Origin: Oligoflexales bacterium
GTDB lineage: Bacteria > Bdellovibrionota_B > Oligoflexia > Oligoflexales > Bog-1112
Direction: 5' to 3'
DNA: 64,000 bases
Assembly (NCBI GenBank): GCA_045106415.1
Contig: JBGCEP010000012.1
Span: 8,976 to 72,975 of the forward strand
Numbering within the stretch: the stretch's first letter is position 1; the number at the start of each line of letters is the position of its first letter. This document shows, in pieces, positions 1-9,322 of this stretch. The translations under genes were made by a program, and so were the position numbers. The notes under the pieces are model-generated. The model saw nothing but the letters and a program-made list of their open reading frames with translations, did no database searches and was not told the DNA's origin.

Positions 1-1158
1 GAGACCTCGAGCACCTGTTTTTTCTTCAGCTGCAAGCTCTGCTATTCTTAAAAGCGCATCTTCATCAAAATCCAGGCTTAAACCATAGCCTTCAAAAGCT
101 CTTTTATACTGATGAAGAATTGAACCTTCAGAATCTTTCAAAACCTTCAACAGATCTTCTGCTTTTAAAGGTTGGCAGCTCACTTTTACTGGCAAACGCC
201 CAATAAATTCCGGCTCAAACCCATAATCAATAAAATCTTGAGTTTGTGCTTCTCTCAACAATGAAGTTTCACTATCTCTGTCTATTTTTTGAGCATTGTC
301 AGAGCCAAATCCAATTTTTTGCTGACATAATCGTTTACCAATAATCTCAGAGAGACCAGTAAAAGCTCCACTCACAACAAAAAGAATATGCCGCGTATTT
401 AAAACTTTACGCTCAACCTTACCCTTTTGCTGCATTTCCATAAATGCCTGCATTTGAGAAGCAGGGTCATGCCCTCCCCTCAAATCCACATCCGTTTCTT
501 CCATCAGTTTCAACAAACCTAACTGCACACCACGACCTGTCACATCTCGACCATGTTGTTGACTTGGAGCTGATAATTTATCAACTTCATCAAGATAAAT
601 AATACCAAACTGCGCTACCTCTAGATCATCATTCGCCTGCGCCGCTAACTCCTTTACCAAATCATCAACGTTCGCACCCATATAGCCGGTTTCACTAAAT
701 CGAGTCGCATCTGCTTTGACAAAAGGGACACCAGCTAACTTCGCCATCTGACGCACAAGATAAGTTTTACCAACCCCTGTCGGGCCTAAAACTAAGACGT
801 TCTGTTTTGCATAATCTGCATCCACTCGATCGTTCTCATAACAATCACGAACATGATTGTAGTGGTCACAAAATGCAATGGACAAAGCACGCTTAGCATC
901 ATCCTGCCCTATGACAAACCGATCAAGATAACTCTTCACTTCTTTCGGAGTCATCCGAAACTCTAATAAACTCTCAAGATTTTTTACTTCCTCAAGGTCT
1001 TGGGAAGACGACTCTTCTTCTACAGATTTCTTAGTCTTTCTATCATGCATAGGAAAATCCTGGGAAATCACTTGAACCTGTCCACCGAATCTTTTTTTGA
1101 CAAAGTCCTCAAATTCTTTTTGAATATCTTCGGGCTTTGGGAAGTTTTGATCACTCAT
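1..1158 (-). CDS. clpX: ClpX-like AAA+ ATPase (3' end runs off the window; absent from the ORF track)
   Basis: Manual translation from ATG at 1158: VIGQDDAKRALS, Walker A GPTGVGKT, ADATRFSETGYMG, Walker B IIYLDEVDK, GVQLGLLKLME, IGF loop KIGFG, PEFIGRLP, TGARGL. No N-terminal C4 zinc domain. Confidence 0.85.
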   Translation of the reverse strand, partial: MSDQNFPKPEDIQKEFEDFVKKRFGGQVQVISQDFPMHDRKTKKSVEEESSSQDLEEVKNLESLLEFRMTPKEVKSYLDRFVIGQDDAKRALSIAFCDHYNHVRDCYENDRVDADYAKQNVLVLGPTGVGKTYLVRQMAKLAGVPFVKADATRFSETGYMGANVDDLVKELAAQANDDLEVAQFGIIYLDEVDKLSAPSQQHGRDVTGRGVQLGLLKLMEETDVDLRGGHDPASQMQAFMEMQQKGKVERKVLNTRHILFVVSGAFTGLSEIIGKRLCQQKIGFGSDNAQKIDRDSETSLLREAQTQDFIDYGFEPEFIGRLPVKVSCQPLKAEDLLKVLKDSEGSILHQYKRAFEGYGLSLDFDEDALLRIAELAAEEKTGARGL

Positions 1159-1254
1159 AATGGCTGCCTTGTTTGCTTTGAAATCTTGTTCTTCAAAATC
1201 CGCGTGAATATACCAGAAATCGAACGTTCTTGAAATCAATGTAAGAGAGTTGTC

Positions 1255-1785
1255 TTGAAAAGTCACAAATCAAAATTCTGGCTTGAAAAACCCATGGCTC
1301 ATTTTTCCGAGGAAGAATGGGAATCTTTGTGTGATGGTTGTGGTCGTTGTTGCCTCAATAAAGTGGAGTATATCGATGTTCAAGAAATTCACTTCACAAA
1401 TATTTCCTGCTCTGAACTAGACTGTTCCACAGGACTCTGTCGCTCATACGCGAATCGCCAAAAAAAGGTTCCCGATTGCCTTAAAATCACACCTCAAAAT
1501 ATTAAGAGCATGACCTGCCTTCCACCATCCTGTGGATATAAGTTGGTTGCAGCTCAGAAAGACCTTCCAGATTGGCATCCTTTGCAATGTGGCCTATCAT
1601 CAGGTCCAGAAAAAGCACAAATGAGTGTGAAAGGGAAAATAATTTCAGAAGAAGATATCACTGGTGAGCTTGATGATTTTTTAATTAAGTGGGTTCCTCC
1701 ACTTGACGCTGAAACAGGAAACGTCCTACAAACTTCTACAACATCTTTCAAAAAGTCTAAAGAAGACTTCAAAGATGAGTTATAA
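1255..1785 (+). CDS. YcgN/UPF0260 cysteine-cluster protein
   Basis: EEWESLCDGCGRCCLNK, C..Y..R...VPDC, LPPSCGY, LPDWHPL. Confidence 0.85.
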   Translation: MKSHKSKFWLEKPMAHFSEEEWESLCDGCGRCCLNKVEYIDVQEIHFTNISCSELDCSTGLCRSYANRQKKVPDCLKITPQNIKSMTCLPPSCGYKLVAAQKDLPDWHPLQCGLSSGPEKAQMSVKGKIISEEDITGELDDFLIKWVPPLDAETGNVLQTSTTSFKKSKEDFKDEL

Positions 1786-1806
1786 CTTTAAAGCTAAAGG
1801 TACACC

Positions 1807-2595
1807 ATGAAGCCATTTGACAAGTATGCCTACTACAACCAATCTGTTCAGTCCCCTGAAGCCGATGTCGACTTCTTGCATATGGCGTACACCAAACTAC
1901 GTGGAAAAGAGCCTCAGACGCTCCGTGAAGACTTCTGTGGAACTTTTTCCGTCTGCCGAACTTGGGTTCAAGGTTCAACACAGCATCACGCTGTAGGCAT
2001 CGATTTAGATCCTGAACCTATCGCCTACGGAAAAGAACATGAATGGTCTCAACTCTCTGACCAAGAAAAACAACGGCTCACCATTCACCAAACAAACGTT
2101 CTTAACCCAGAAATTCCAAGCGCAGATATCGTCTGCGCTCTCAACTTTAGTTACTTTATTTTTAAGGAAAGAAAACTTCTTAAATCTTACTTTCAAAACG
2201 TTTACAACACACTGGAAGAAGGTGGTGTCTTCGTTGTTGATTGCTTCGGCGGCAGTCAATGCCACGAGCCCATTGAAGATGAAACCGAATATGAAGATCT
2301 CGGCTTCAGCTACTATTGGGACCAGGATTCCTTCGACCCCATCACAAATGAAGCTCAATTTTACATCCACTTTCAACGCGACGGTGAAGCAAAACGAGAA
2401 CAAGTTTTCTCATACGACTGGCGCATGTGGACCCTACCTGAACTCAAAGATATCCTTGAAGAAGTTGGATTTAAAAAATCTCAAATCTTTTGGGAAGGGA
2501 CAGAGGACGATGGAAGCGGAAACGGTGTGTTTGAAATGACAGACAAAGGAGAAGCCTGTGAAGCATGGGTCGCATATATTGCTGCCTGTAAATAA
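1807..2595 (+). CDS. Class I SAM-dependent methyltransferase-like protein
   Basis: LREDFCGT motif I variant, GIDLD, ADIVCALNFSY, LEEGGVFVVD. Confidence 0.75.
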   Translation: MKPFDKYAYYNQSVQSPEADVDFLHMAYTKLRGKEPQTLREDFCGTFSVCRTWVQGSTQHHAVGIDLDPEPIAYGKEHEWSQLSDQEKQRLTIHQTNVLNPEIPSADIVCALNFSYFIFKERKLLKSYFQNVYNTLEEGGVFVVDCFGGSQCHEPIEDETEYEDLGFSYYWDQDSFDPITNEAQFYIHFQRDGEAKREQVFSYDWRMWTLPELKDILEEVGFKKSQIFWEGTEDDGSGNGVFEMTDKGEACEAWVAYIAACK

Positions 2596-2612
2596 CACAT
2601 AGGCCTCAATAC

Positions 2613-2650
2613 ATAAGCCGCTAATCGCTTGTTAAGCCTTAGCGGCTTAT
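2613..2650. terminator. Stem-loop after the methyltransferase gene (possible terminator)
   Basis: ATAAGCCGCTAA ... TTAGCGGCTTAT inverted repeat; no clear U tract. Confidence 0.45.
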
Positions 2651-2788
2651 AGAACATGACCACAGCAGTCACAATGCCTCTAGAAAAATTCCTCACAGTT
2701 CTCATACCGCGGCAAAAAAAACAATAAGCTATGAATATAAAAAGAAAAAATGAGAAAACATCTTTTAAAAATTACGTATTTCTCCCCA

Positions 2789-2817
2789 TTGTTTCTCAAC
2801 ATTCCCTCCTGTATAAA
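2789..2817 (+). promoter_or_regulatory. Putative sigma70 promoter for the candidate small RNA
   Basis: TTGTTT-17 nt-TATAAA. Confidence 0.4.
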
Positions 2818-2823
2818 ATAGTC

Positions 2824-2936
2824 ATAGCGGATCTCAGCACTCAAATCACCGCAGCTTGGAACATCAGGTCACTCAACCTCTCTTTGCTCCAAGAGCTCGC
2901 TCTCAGTTCCATCACGACTGAGAGCGATTTTTTTTT
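2824..2936 (+). ncRNA. Candidate small RNA or attenuator, family unknown
   Basis: Two hairpins each carrying CACTCAA (2838-2844, 2870-2876), followed by an intrinsic terminator; promoter-like sequence upstream. Confidence 0.5.
2897..2936 (+). terminator. Rho-independent terminator
   Basis: TCGCTCTCAGT/ACTGAGAGCGA 11-bp stem followed by T9. Confidence 0.85.
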
Positions 2937-2959
2937 ATCAAATAAAAAATTCGTGATAT

Positions 2960-3328
2960 ATGCTTCATGAGCACTGTGCTGCTATGGAGATCGAGCTCAT
3001 TCAACTCAACACCACTCACAACGAACTGATTGAAGTCATCCGCGCCACAGGTGAGAGGCTTGCTCAACAAAGACAGGCCACCCAGCGCCTTAAGGATTTA
3101 GCGCCGACAAAGCGCCAACAACTGGTACAAAAGCTAAGACCAGAGTCACGCTCTGTCGCTCAAGCTGAGCGAAAAGCCCTCCTCCACGAAGATTACTTAC
3201 AGCTTCTCGAAGAAATATTAGAAGCACGCCAAAAGCTTTTTCAACTTAAAGTTCAGTGGGAAGATGCTCAGATGCTTTACAATGCCAGAAAAAGTCTCGA
3301 TTCTTGGCATAAAGCTTTTCTTTTTTGA
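2960..3328 (+). CDS. Hypothetical coiled-coil protein
   Basis: 122-aa helical ORF rich in L/Q/E/K/R. Confidence 0.65.
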   Translation: MLHEHCAAMEIELIQLNTTHNELIEVIRATGERLAQQRQATQRLKDLAPTKRQQLVQKLRPESRSVAQAERKALLHEDYLQLLEEILEARQKLFQLKVQWEDAQMLYNARKSLDSWHKAFLF

Positions 3329-3397
3329 AATTTAGACTAAATTAATCATGATCAAGTTGTTTCAATCAATCCCTTTGTCCACCTATGGGAGCAGAGT

Positions 3398-5344
3398 ATG
3401 TCTTCGGTGTTTTTCATCATGATTGTAGGATCTTCTTTCGGTTTTTTTGCATACAGAGTTTCTCAAGCCTGGAAAGAACTCCACGCTGCAGCAACAGGGA
3501 AAGATGTTTTAGCTGAAATTTCTTTTAGCACAAAAGTCAAAACAATTCTTTTTGAAGGCTTTGCTCAAGCAAAACTTTTTAAAGACCCTGTTCCTGGGAT
3601 CATGCACGCTATGATTTTTTGGGGCTTTCTTGTCGTCAGCCTTGGAACCTTAGAAACTTTACTTGAAGGCGTGATTCCACATTTTCGGTTTTCTTGGATC
3701 ATTGGAGAAGGTTTTTTATACAAAGGGTTTTTAGTCTCTCAAGATATTGGTAATACAGTTGTGGCTATTGCTATTTTGTTTGCCATCTGCAGACGCTTAT
3801 TTTTTCCTCCAGAGCGACTTCAAACTCTTTCTCAAGAGGCTAAAAATGATGCCTATATCGTCTTAAGTTTTATCCTAACCCTTGTCACTAGTGAACTTAT
3901 GAGTATGGGAAGTGATCCTGCTCTTTCTGTTTTCTTTCTTCCTGTTTCACACCTTTTTCAAATACTTTTATCTGAGAGCGCACATCCTATCGCATGGTGG
4001 CTTCATGTATTTACATTATGCGGCTTTGTTATTTATCTTCCGACTTCAAAACACCAGCATCTCATTTGGATTTGGCCTAACCTCTTTTACAAACAACATC
4101 GATCTAGTGGGTGGTTGCGCCCTATGGAGTTTGATGAAGAAGCCGAATCTTTTGGGGTTGGTCATGCCTCAGAATTCACATGGAAACAACTTCTTGAATC
4201 CAAAGCATGCGTCGAATGCGGAAGATGCACCTCAGTATGTCCAGCCCACACAACAGGAAAGAAGCTCGACCCTCGACATATGATTCATCATCTTAAAGAC
4301 GGACTTGCCCAAGCAAAAGAAAACCCTAAAATGCCGGGTGGCATCGTCAGCCAAGAAGAACTCTGGGCATGCACAACATGTGGAGCATGTGTCGATGCAT
4401 GCCCTCTGCATATTGAGCACATTCCAGCTATTGTTGATATGCGACGCTATCTCACTATGACCGAAGGTGATGTCCCTGCAGAACTTCAAAGCACACTCGA
4501 AAATTTAGAAGTTCACTCGAACCCTTGGGGCATGAATAACGACGATAGAGAAAAATGGGCCGAAGGCCTGAATGTCCCAGTCATGAGAGAAAAGGACGAA
4601 GCTCCTGAGTACTTATTTTGGGTCGGCTGCGCAGGTGCTTTTGATGATCGCTACAAAAACGTAACTCAATCCACTGCAAAAATTATGCAAAACGCAGGCC
4701 TTGATTTCGCTATTCTTGGAAAAGAAGAACGCTGCAACGGCGATACAGCAAGAAGAGCTGGAAATGAATATTTAGCATCGATGCAAATCGCTGAGAATGT
4801 CGAGACCTTCAAACGCTACAAAGTACAAAAAGTAGTCACAGGCTGCCCTCATTGCTTCAACACACTCCGCAACGAATACCCTGACTTTGATTGCAACCTA
4901 GAAGTCATTCACCACAGCGAACTTATTGAATCTTTAGTCAACGATGGAAAAATCACCCCTAAACAATCTAATGACGTTTCCAGCGTGACATGGCACGATT
5001 CCTGCTACCTTGGTCGTCACAACAAAGTCTACGACAGCCCCAGAAAAGCCCTCAGCAGCACCGTCCCTGAAGTCGTTGAAATGCCTCGCAACAAATCAAA
5101 CGGTTTCTGCTGCGGCGCTGGTGGCGCAAGAATGTGGATGGAAGAAACAGAAGGAGAACGAGTCAACGTCAATAGAGCTAAAGAAGCCATAGCAACTGGG
5201 GTCTCAACTGTTGCTACCGGTTGCCCTTTCTGCCTTACCATGCTCACAGACGGAGTCACAGCAGAAGAAGCCTCTGACAAAGTTCAAGTAAAAGATGTTG
5301 CAGAAATTATAGCTGAAGCACTTCCTGATCATCAACCTAGCTGA
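3398..5344 (+). CDS. Membrane Fe-S oxidoreductase, FadF/HdrD-like (TM domain, two 4Fe-4S motifs, two CCG domains)
   Basis: CVECGRCTSVCP, CTTCGACVDACP, WVGC, GCPHC, HDSCYLGR, CCGAGG, GCPFC; N-terminal TM helices. Confidence 0.9.
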   Translation: MSSVFFIMIVGSSFGFFAYRVSQAWKELHAAATGKDVLAEISFSTKVKTILFEGFAQAKLFKDPVPGIMHAMIFWGFLVVSLGTLETLLEGVIPHFRFSWIIGEGFLYKGFLVSQDIGNTVVAIAILFAICRRLFFPPERLQTLSQEAKNDAYIVLSFILTLVTSELMSMGSDPALSVFFLPVSHLFQILLSESAHPIAWWLHVFTLCGFVIYLPTSKHQHLIWIWPNLFYKQHRSSGWLRPMEFDEEAESFGVGHASEFTWKQLLESKACVECGRCTSVCPAHTTGKKLDPRHMIHHLKDGLAQAKENPKMPGGIVSQEELWACTTCGACVDACPLHIEHIPAIVDMRRYLTMTEGDVPAELQSTLENLEVHSNPWGMNNDDREKWAEGLNVPVMREKDEAPEYLFWVGCAGAFDDRYKNVTQSTAKIMQNAGLDFAILGKEERCNGDTARRAGNEYLASMQIAENVETFKRYKVQKVVTGCPHCFNTLRNEYPDFDCNLEVIHHSELIESLVNDGKITPKQSNDVSSVTWHDSCYLGRHNKVYDSPRKALSSTVPEVVEMPRNKSNGFCCGAGGARMWMEETEGERVNVNRAKEAIATGVSTVATGCPFCLTMLTDGVTAEEASDKVQVKDVAEIIAEALPDHQPS

Positions 5345-6240
5345 TGAAGGGTGTTCCTTAACCCAGAACCCGTTGCGACAAGGCGTATGGAACCACGTGG
5401 GAACATACGCTTTGCCAACCCTGACAAGACTTGCCCAGGTCCACACTCTACAAACGTCTCACACCCCGCTTCTCGAGCTTCACACATACTCTTGTACCAA
5501 AGAACCGGAGCTGTAATCTGCTGTTCCAAAAAATCTGGGGAATACTGTGATACCACTTCACCACTCACATTCGGAATCATTGAATACCGTGAAGGCTGGT
5601 AGCTCATCTTGTGAATATAAAACGACATTTCATCTTGTGCAGGTTGCATCAAAGAAGAGTGAAAAGGAGCACTCACAGGTAAAGGAATAATCCGCACCCC
5701 AGTTAAATACTCTGACAGTTCATCCAAAGATTTTTTATGGCCAGAGACAATAATTTGAGTCTCAGCATTCAGGTTTGCAACTTCAACAACGCCTGACTTA
5801 ACTTGAAGACAAGCTGCTCGTACAGATTGCTCATCTAAACCAATCACTGCTGACATTCCACCAATACCAGCAGGAACTGCGTTCTGCATGGCTGCACCAC
5901 GCATACGTACAACCTTAGCTGCTTCACACAGGTCCAAGACTCCGCTACACACAAGCGCAGAGTACTCACCCAAACTGTGCCCAGCAACAAGAGAAGGAGA
6001 AATACCAGCTTCTTGCTCCAAAACCTTCCACATAGCGACAGAAACCGCTAATAAAGATGGTTGTTGAAACTCTGAAAGACGAAGCTGGTCTTCTGGACCT
6101 TCTGCACAGAGGCTTCGAATCCTTAAAGATGTCGAATCCTCAACAGCTTCAAAGATCAAAGATGTATAAGGAAAAAGATCAAGAACCTCTCGACTCATCC
6201 CTATGGACTGAGATCCTTGGCCCGGAAACATCACGAGCAT
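5332..6240 (-). CDS. fabD: Malonyl-CoA:ACP transacylase
   Basis: FPGQGSQ, GHSLGEY, VSAPFHS, ECGPG. Confidence 0.95.
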   Translation of the reverse strand: MLVMFPGQGSQSIGMSREVLDLFPYTSLIFEAVEDSTSLRIRSLCAEGPEDQLRLSEFQQPSLLAVSVAMWKVLEQEAGISPSLVAGHSLGEYSALVCSGVLDLCEAAKVVRMRGAAMQNAVPAGIGGMSAVIGLDEQSVRAACLQVKSGVVEVANLNAETQIIVSGHKKSLDELSEYLTGVRIIPLPVSAPFHSSLMQPAQDEMSFYIHKMSYQPSRYSMIPNVSGEVVSQYSPDFLEQQITAPVLWYKSMCEAREAGCETFVECGPGQVLSGLAKRMFPRGSIRLVATGSGLRNTLHQLG

Positions 6241-6265
6241 AGCTGACTCACAGGAAATCTAGTGA

Positions 6266-6469
6266 TTATTGAAAATCTTGATCGCCTTGAAGATCACGCT
6301 GACGCTTCACTTCAACACCTTTGTAAGTGCTGCAAGCTTGGCATGCTCGGTGAGGACGACAAGTTTCACCACACTTAGAGCATACAGCGCGAGATGGTGA
6401 CGTCAAACCATGATGAGATCGACGCATGTTTCTTTTGGACGCGGAGGTCCGGAACTTAGGTACTGGCAT
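6266..6469 (-). CDS. rpmF: 50S ribosomal protein L32 (zinc-ribbon form)
   Basis: MPVPKFRTSASKRNMRRSH, CSKCG...PHRACQAC; AGGAG RBS. Confidence 0.95.
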   Translation of the reverse strand: MPVPKFRTSASKRNMRRSHHGLTSPSRAVCSKCGETCRPHRACQACSTYKGVEVKRQRDLQGDQDFQ

Positions 6470-6680
6470 GACTGACTCCTAACATAACCCAGTCTAGAAC
6501 TTGACATATCTCACTCTGAACTAATGTTCAGAGCTTTCGGATTCTAGGCAATTTACCGACAAGGTCGCCCTCGAAAAGACGGTCTTACAACCTCTCATCC
6601 AATAGTTGGTGCCTCAACTATTTCTAAAACGGAAGCTATGAGAACAAACCCAAAGGCCTCTACTCTAGAGCAGACTATTT
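6470..6680 (-). promoter_or_regulatory. Long structured 5' leader of rpmF-fabD (candidate cis-regulatory RNA)
   Basis: Hairpins at 6514-6533, 6566-6581 (UUCG loop, G-U pairs on the minus strand) and 6601-6622; TTGCCT-17-TAAATA upstream. Confidence 0.4.
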
Positions 6681-6767
6681 AAATGATTCACTCTTAAAAG
6701 GCAAGGACTAAACTCACAAACACCGTCACCATGGGTTTTTGGCCAATAAACAATTTGATCCAAACAA

Positions 6768-7643
6768 TCACATGCCGACAAGTTCAGTCAAAATAATTGT
6801 TTTCCCATCAGCAAGAATAAGACCTGAGACATAAAGATTTTCTCGTCTTTTTAAAATTTCTTTTCCCCAGGCTTGGTAAAAAAAAGATAACACCGCCCGA
6901 CCTCCTGTTGCATCTCTCACTTCAATCTCACACTTAGCTAAGCGGTTCTGTTGCTTTAAACACTCACGCAGACTTGCAGAGCGATACCTTAAAGGCCCGA
7001 CTTGAATTGTCCTCCCAACATAATCACCTAAAGACTTCAAAGAAATCGTCGACTTTATAAGCTGCACAGCAGGGGGAAGTTGAGGAGGGGTTCTTGTGAC
7101 GCTATTCTTCAAACGGGGGCGGAATAATCCATTTGACTCAGCAAAATAAAGACCTAAAAGCACAATCATGGTCATAACAACATAAGGAATATAGCGAGTT
7201 GCCTTCTGCCAGGACCTCTTCGCCGCTTTTTTGTCTTGGCGATACTTCAGTCCTTTTACTGCTTCTGCCGCTTTTCCCGAAGGGTTACGAGCTCTTTTTA
7301 GCTCTCGATCTCTTCTACGACCTGGATTTTTTTCAGGTAGCTTTACTTTGTGTTGTTTTCTCAAACTCCTACGACCGACAGCTTCTGGAGAAGCAAGCCC
7401 TAGAAAAGAGTTACGGTCACCATGCTGAGATAATAAAGTTTCCTCCTTATCCTTGAACGCCGCCCCTCTTACTTCAAAAATTCGTTCTTCTTGCATAATT
7501 TTTCTGAACACAGGAGAGCCTTGAATAGCAATATAATCATATAGATGTGCTTTACCCAAACGTAGATGCTCACGAACTTGACGCCCTTGGAAAGGGCCTT
7601 CTTTTTGTCCTGAAGACGCATTCATAATCATCCACTGAGCCAT
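6768..7643 (-). CDS. Hypothetical membrane protein with N-terminal GYF_2-like domain
   Basis: W.......QKEGPF....V...L..G, a basic linker, one TM helix, C-terminal domain. Confidence 0.65.
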   Translation of the reverse strand: MAQWMIMNASSGQKEGPFQGRQVREHLRLGKAHLYDYIAIQGSPVFRKIMQEERIFEVRGAAFKDKEETLLSQHGDRNSFLGLASPEAVGRRSLRKQHKVKLPEKNPGRRRDRELKRARNPSGKAAEAVKGLKYRQDKKAAKRSWQKATRYIPYVVMTMIVLLGLYFAESNGLFRPRLKNSVTRTPPQLPPAVQLIKSTISLKSLGDYVGRTIQVGPLRYRSASLRECLKQQNRLAKCEIEVRDATGGRAVLSFFYQAWGKEILKRRENLYVSGLILADGKTIILTELVGM

Positions 7644-7782
7644 AGCAACCCTTTCTCATCCAGTTTTTTTATCGCTCTTTCTTTATTATAATCCCGAGAG
7701 ATCATAAATATATTGCAATCAACACATATTGTGCCTATCATCCGAAACCTGTTGGACTTTCGACAAGCAATTGGACACAAAC

Positions 7783-8331
7783 ATGAAACTCTCTACATCC
7801 GATTTTTCTCTGACAAAAAGCAATGATATCCACATCGACGGTTCAGAAAATTGGCTTCAACTCATTTATGACGAATTTAAAAGCACAACTTCGCAACACC
7901 CCCCAAAAGTGACAGGCTTACTCAATTGGAGGCAGGTTAGTTTTCAAGATTATAAAATAACAGGTGAGGTAACATGCTCTCTGCATATCACCTGCACTCG
8001 CTGTAATACCAAATTATTTCACACCTTCCATGAGAAGATCCTCAGTCACTTCACAACACGCAACACCCCAGATTCTCAAGGTGAACACGAAAGCATTGAA
8101 TTTAATAAAAACACACCTGAACCCCTCGAAAATAGTGAGGTCGATCTCAGTCAGTTTTTATTTGACACAATTTTATTGAATATCCCAGCTCAGACACACC
8201 TTATCAAAGAACATAAATGCCTTGCCGAAGCAGCTGAAAATAAAGATGGGGACACCCTCTTGCACAGCACTCCTTCAAAAAACAGCCCTTTTGCTGTCCT
8301 TGAAAAACTTAAACACACCCCAAACCACTGA
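7783..8331 (+). CDS. yceD: DUF177/YceD family protein
   Basis: CTRC, VDLSQFLFDTILLNIP, C-terminal SPFAVLEKLK. Confidence 0.8.
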   Translation: MKLSTSDFSLTKSNDIHIDGSENWLQLIYDEFKSTTSQHPPKVTGLLNWRQVSFQDYKITGEVTCSLHITCTRCNTKLFHTFHEKILSHFTTRNTPDSQGEHESIEFNKNTPEPLENSEVDLSQFLFDTILLNIPAQTHLIKEHKCLAEAAENKDGDTLLHSTPSKNSPFAVLEKLKHTPNH

Positions 8332-8372
8332 TTTCTTTTATAAAAAAAGAAATCAGAATATGAAAAAACAGA

Positions 8373-8401
8373 TTGAATGCTGAGAAATTTTCTAGTATAT
8401 T
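8373..8401 (+). promoter_or_regulatory. Putative sigma70 promoter of the rpsB operon
   Basis: TTGAAT-17 nt-TATATT. Confidence 0.55.
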
Positions 8402-8403
8402 TC

Positions 8404-8508
8404 GGTTCCGCTGTATGCGGAATTTTTAATACGCAGGTTTCCTATACGAAGGTCATTATTAATGCCTAAGGAAACCGAGGAACAACCTTCGTTTGAATGG
8501 AGTCAAAC
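8404..8508 (+). promoter_or_regulatory. rpsB (S2) leader structure
   Basis: Stem GGTTTCCT(8436-8443)/AGGAAACC(8469-8476), then GAGGAACAACC, which resembles the conserved GAGG..AACC of proteobacterial rpsB leaders. Confidence 0.55.
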
Positions 8509-9291
8509 ATGTCCCAGAACATCAGTGTTCGAGAACTTCTCGAAGCCGGCGCTCACTACGGTCACCAGTGCCGCCGTTGGAATCCAAAAATGAAACGCTA
8601 TATCTTCGGCGCTCGCAACGGAATCCATATCATCGATCTTCAAAAAACAGTCAACTGCTTCCGTCGCGCCTGCGAGTTTACTGAAAACGTAACAGCAAAA
8701 GGTGGTCACTTCCTGTTTGTTGGATCAAAACGCCAAGCTTCTGAAATCATTCAAGAAGAAGCAAACCGATCAAACATGTACTTCATTAACCACCGCTGGT
8801 TAGGTGGCACATTGACAAACTACCCAACAATTCGCAAAAGCATTCACCGCTTAAAGCGTATTGAAAAAATGGCTGCTGACGGAACTTACGACAAGCTCAC
8901 TAAAAAAGAAGCTCTTAGCCTAGAAAAAGAACGCGAAAAGCTTGACCGTAACCTTGGTGGCATCAAAGACATGCCAGGTCTTCCTGCTGCTATTTTTGTT
9001 GCTGACGCACACAAAGAGCACATTGCTGTTAAAGAAGCACGCAAACTTGGTATCCCAATCGTAGCGATCACAGATACAAATGCTGACCCAGCACTTATCG
9101 ATTTCGTTATCCCAGGTAATGATGACAGCATCAAATCTCTCCAACTTTTCGCAAGCACTATTGCTGACGCTTGTATCGCTGGACGCAAAAAAGTCCGCAA
9201 CAACCAGCAAGAAAAAGCTGAAAGCCAACACAAAGACGGAACGATCACAGATCGCGAAGGTCACAGTGTCAAGGTTGTAAAAAAGAAATAA
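8509..9291 (+). CDS. rpsB: 30S ribosomal protein S2
   Basis: [39 protein letters not shown] before ATG 8509. Confidence 0.98.
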   Translation: MSQNISVRELLEAGAHYGHQCRRWNPKMKRYIFGARNGIHIIDLQKTVNCFRRACEFTENVTAKGGHFLFVGSKRQASEIIQEEANRSNMYFINHRWLGGTLTNYPTIRKSIHRLKRIEKMAADGTYDKLTKKEALSLEKEREKLDRNLGGIKDMPGLPAAIFVADAHKEHIAVKEARKLGIPIVAITDTNADPALIDFVIPGNDDSIKSLQLFASTIADACIAGRKKVRNNQQEKAESQHKDGTITDREGHSVKVVKKK

Positions 9292-9322
9292 GTTCGACAA
9301 TACTTTTTAAAAGGGGATTCTC

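Noticed and set aside
2731..2970. 79-aa ORF
   Set aside because: Runs through a promoter-like element and a strong terminator, with non-coding composition.
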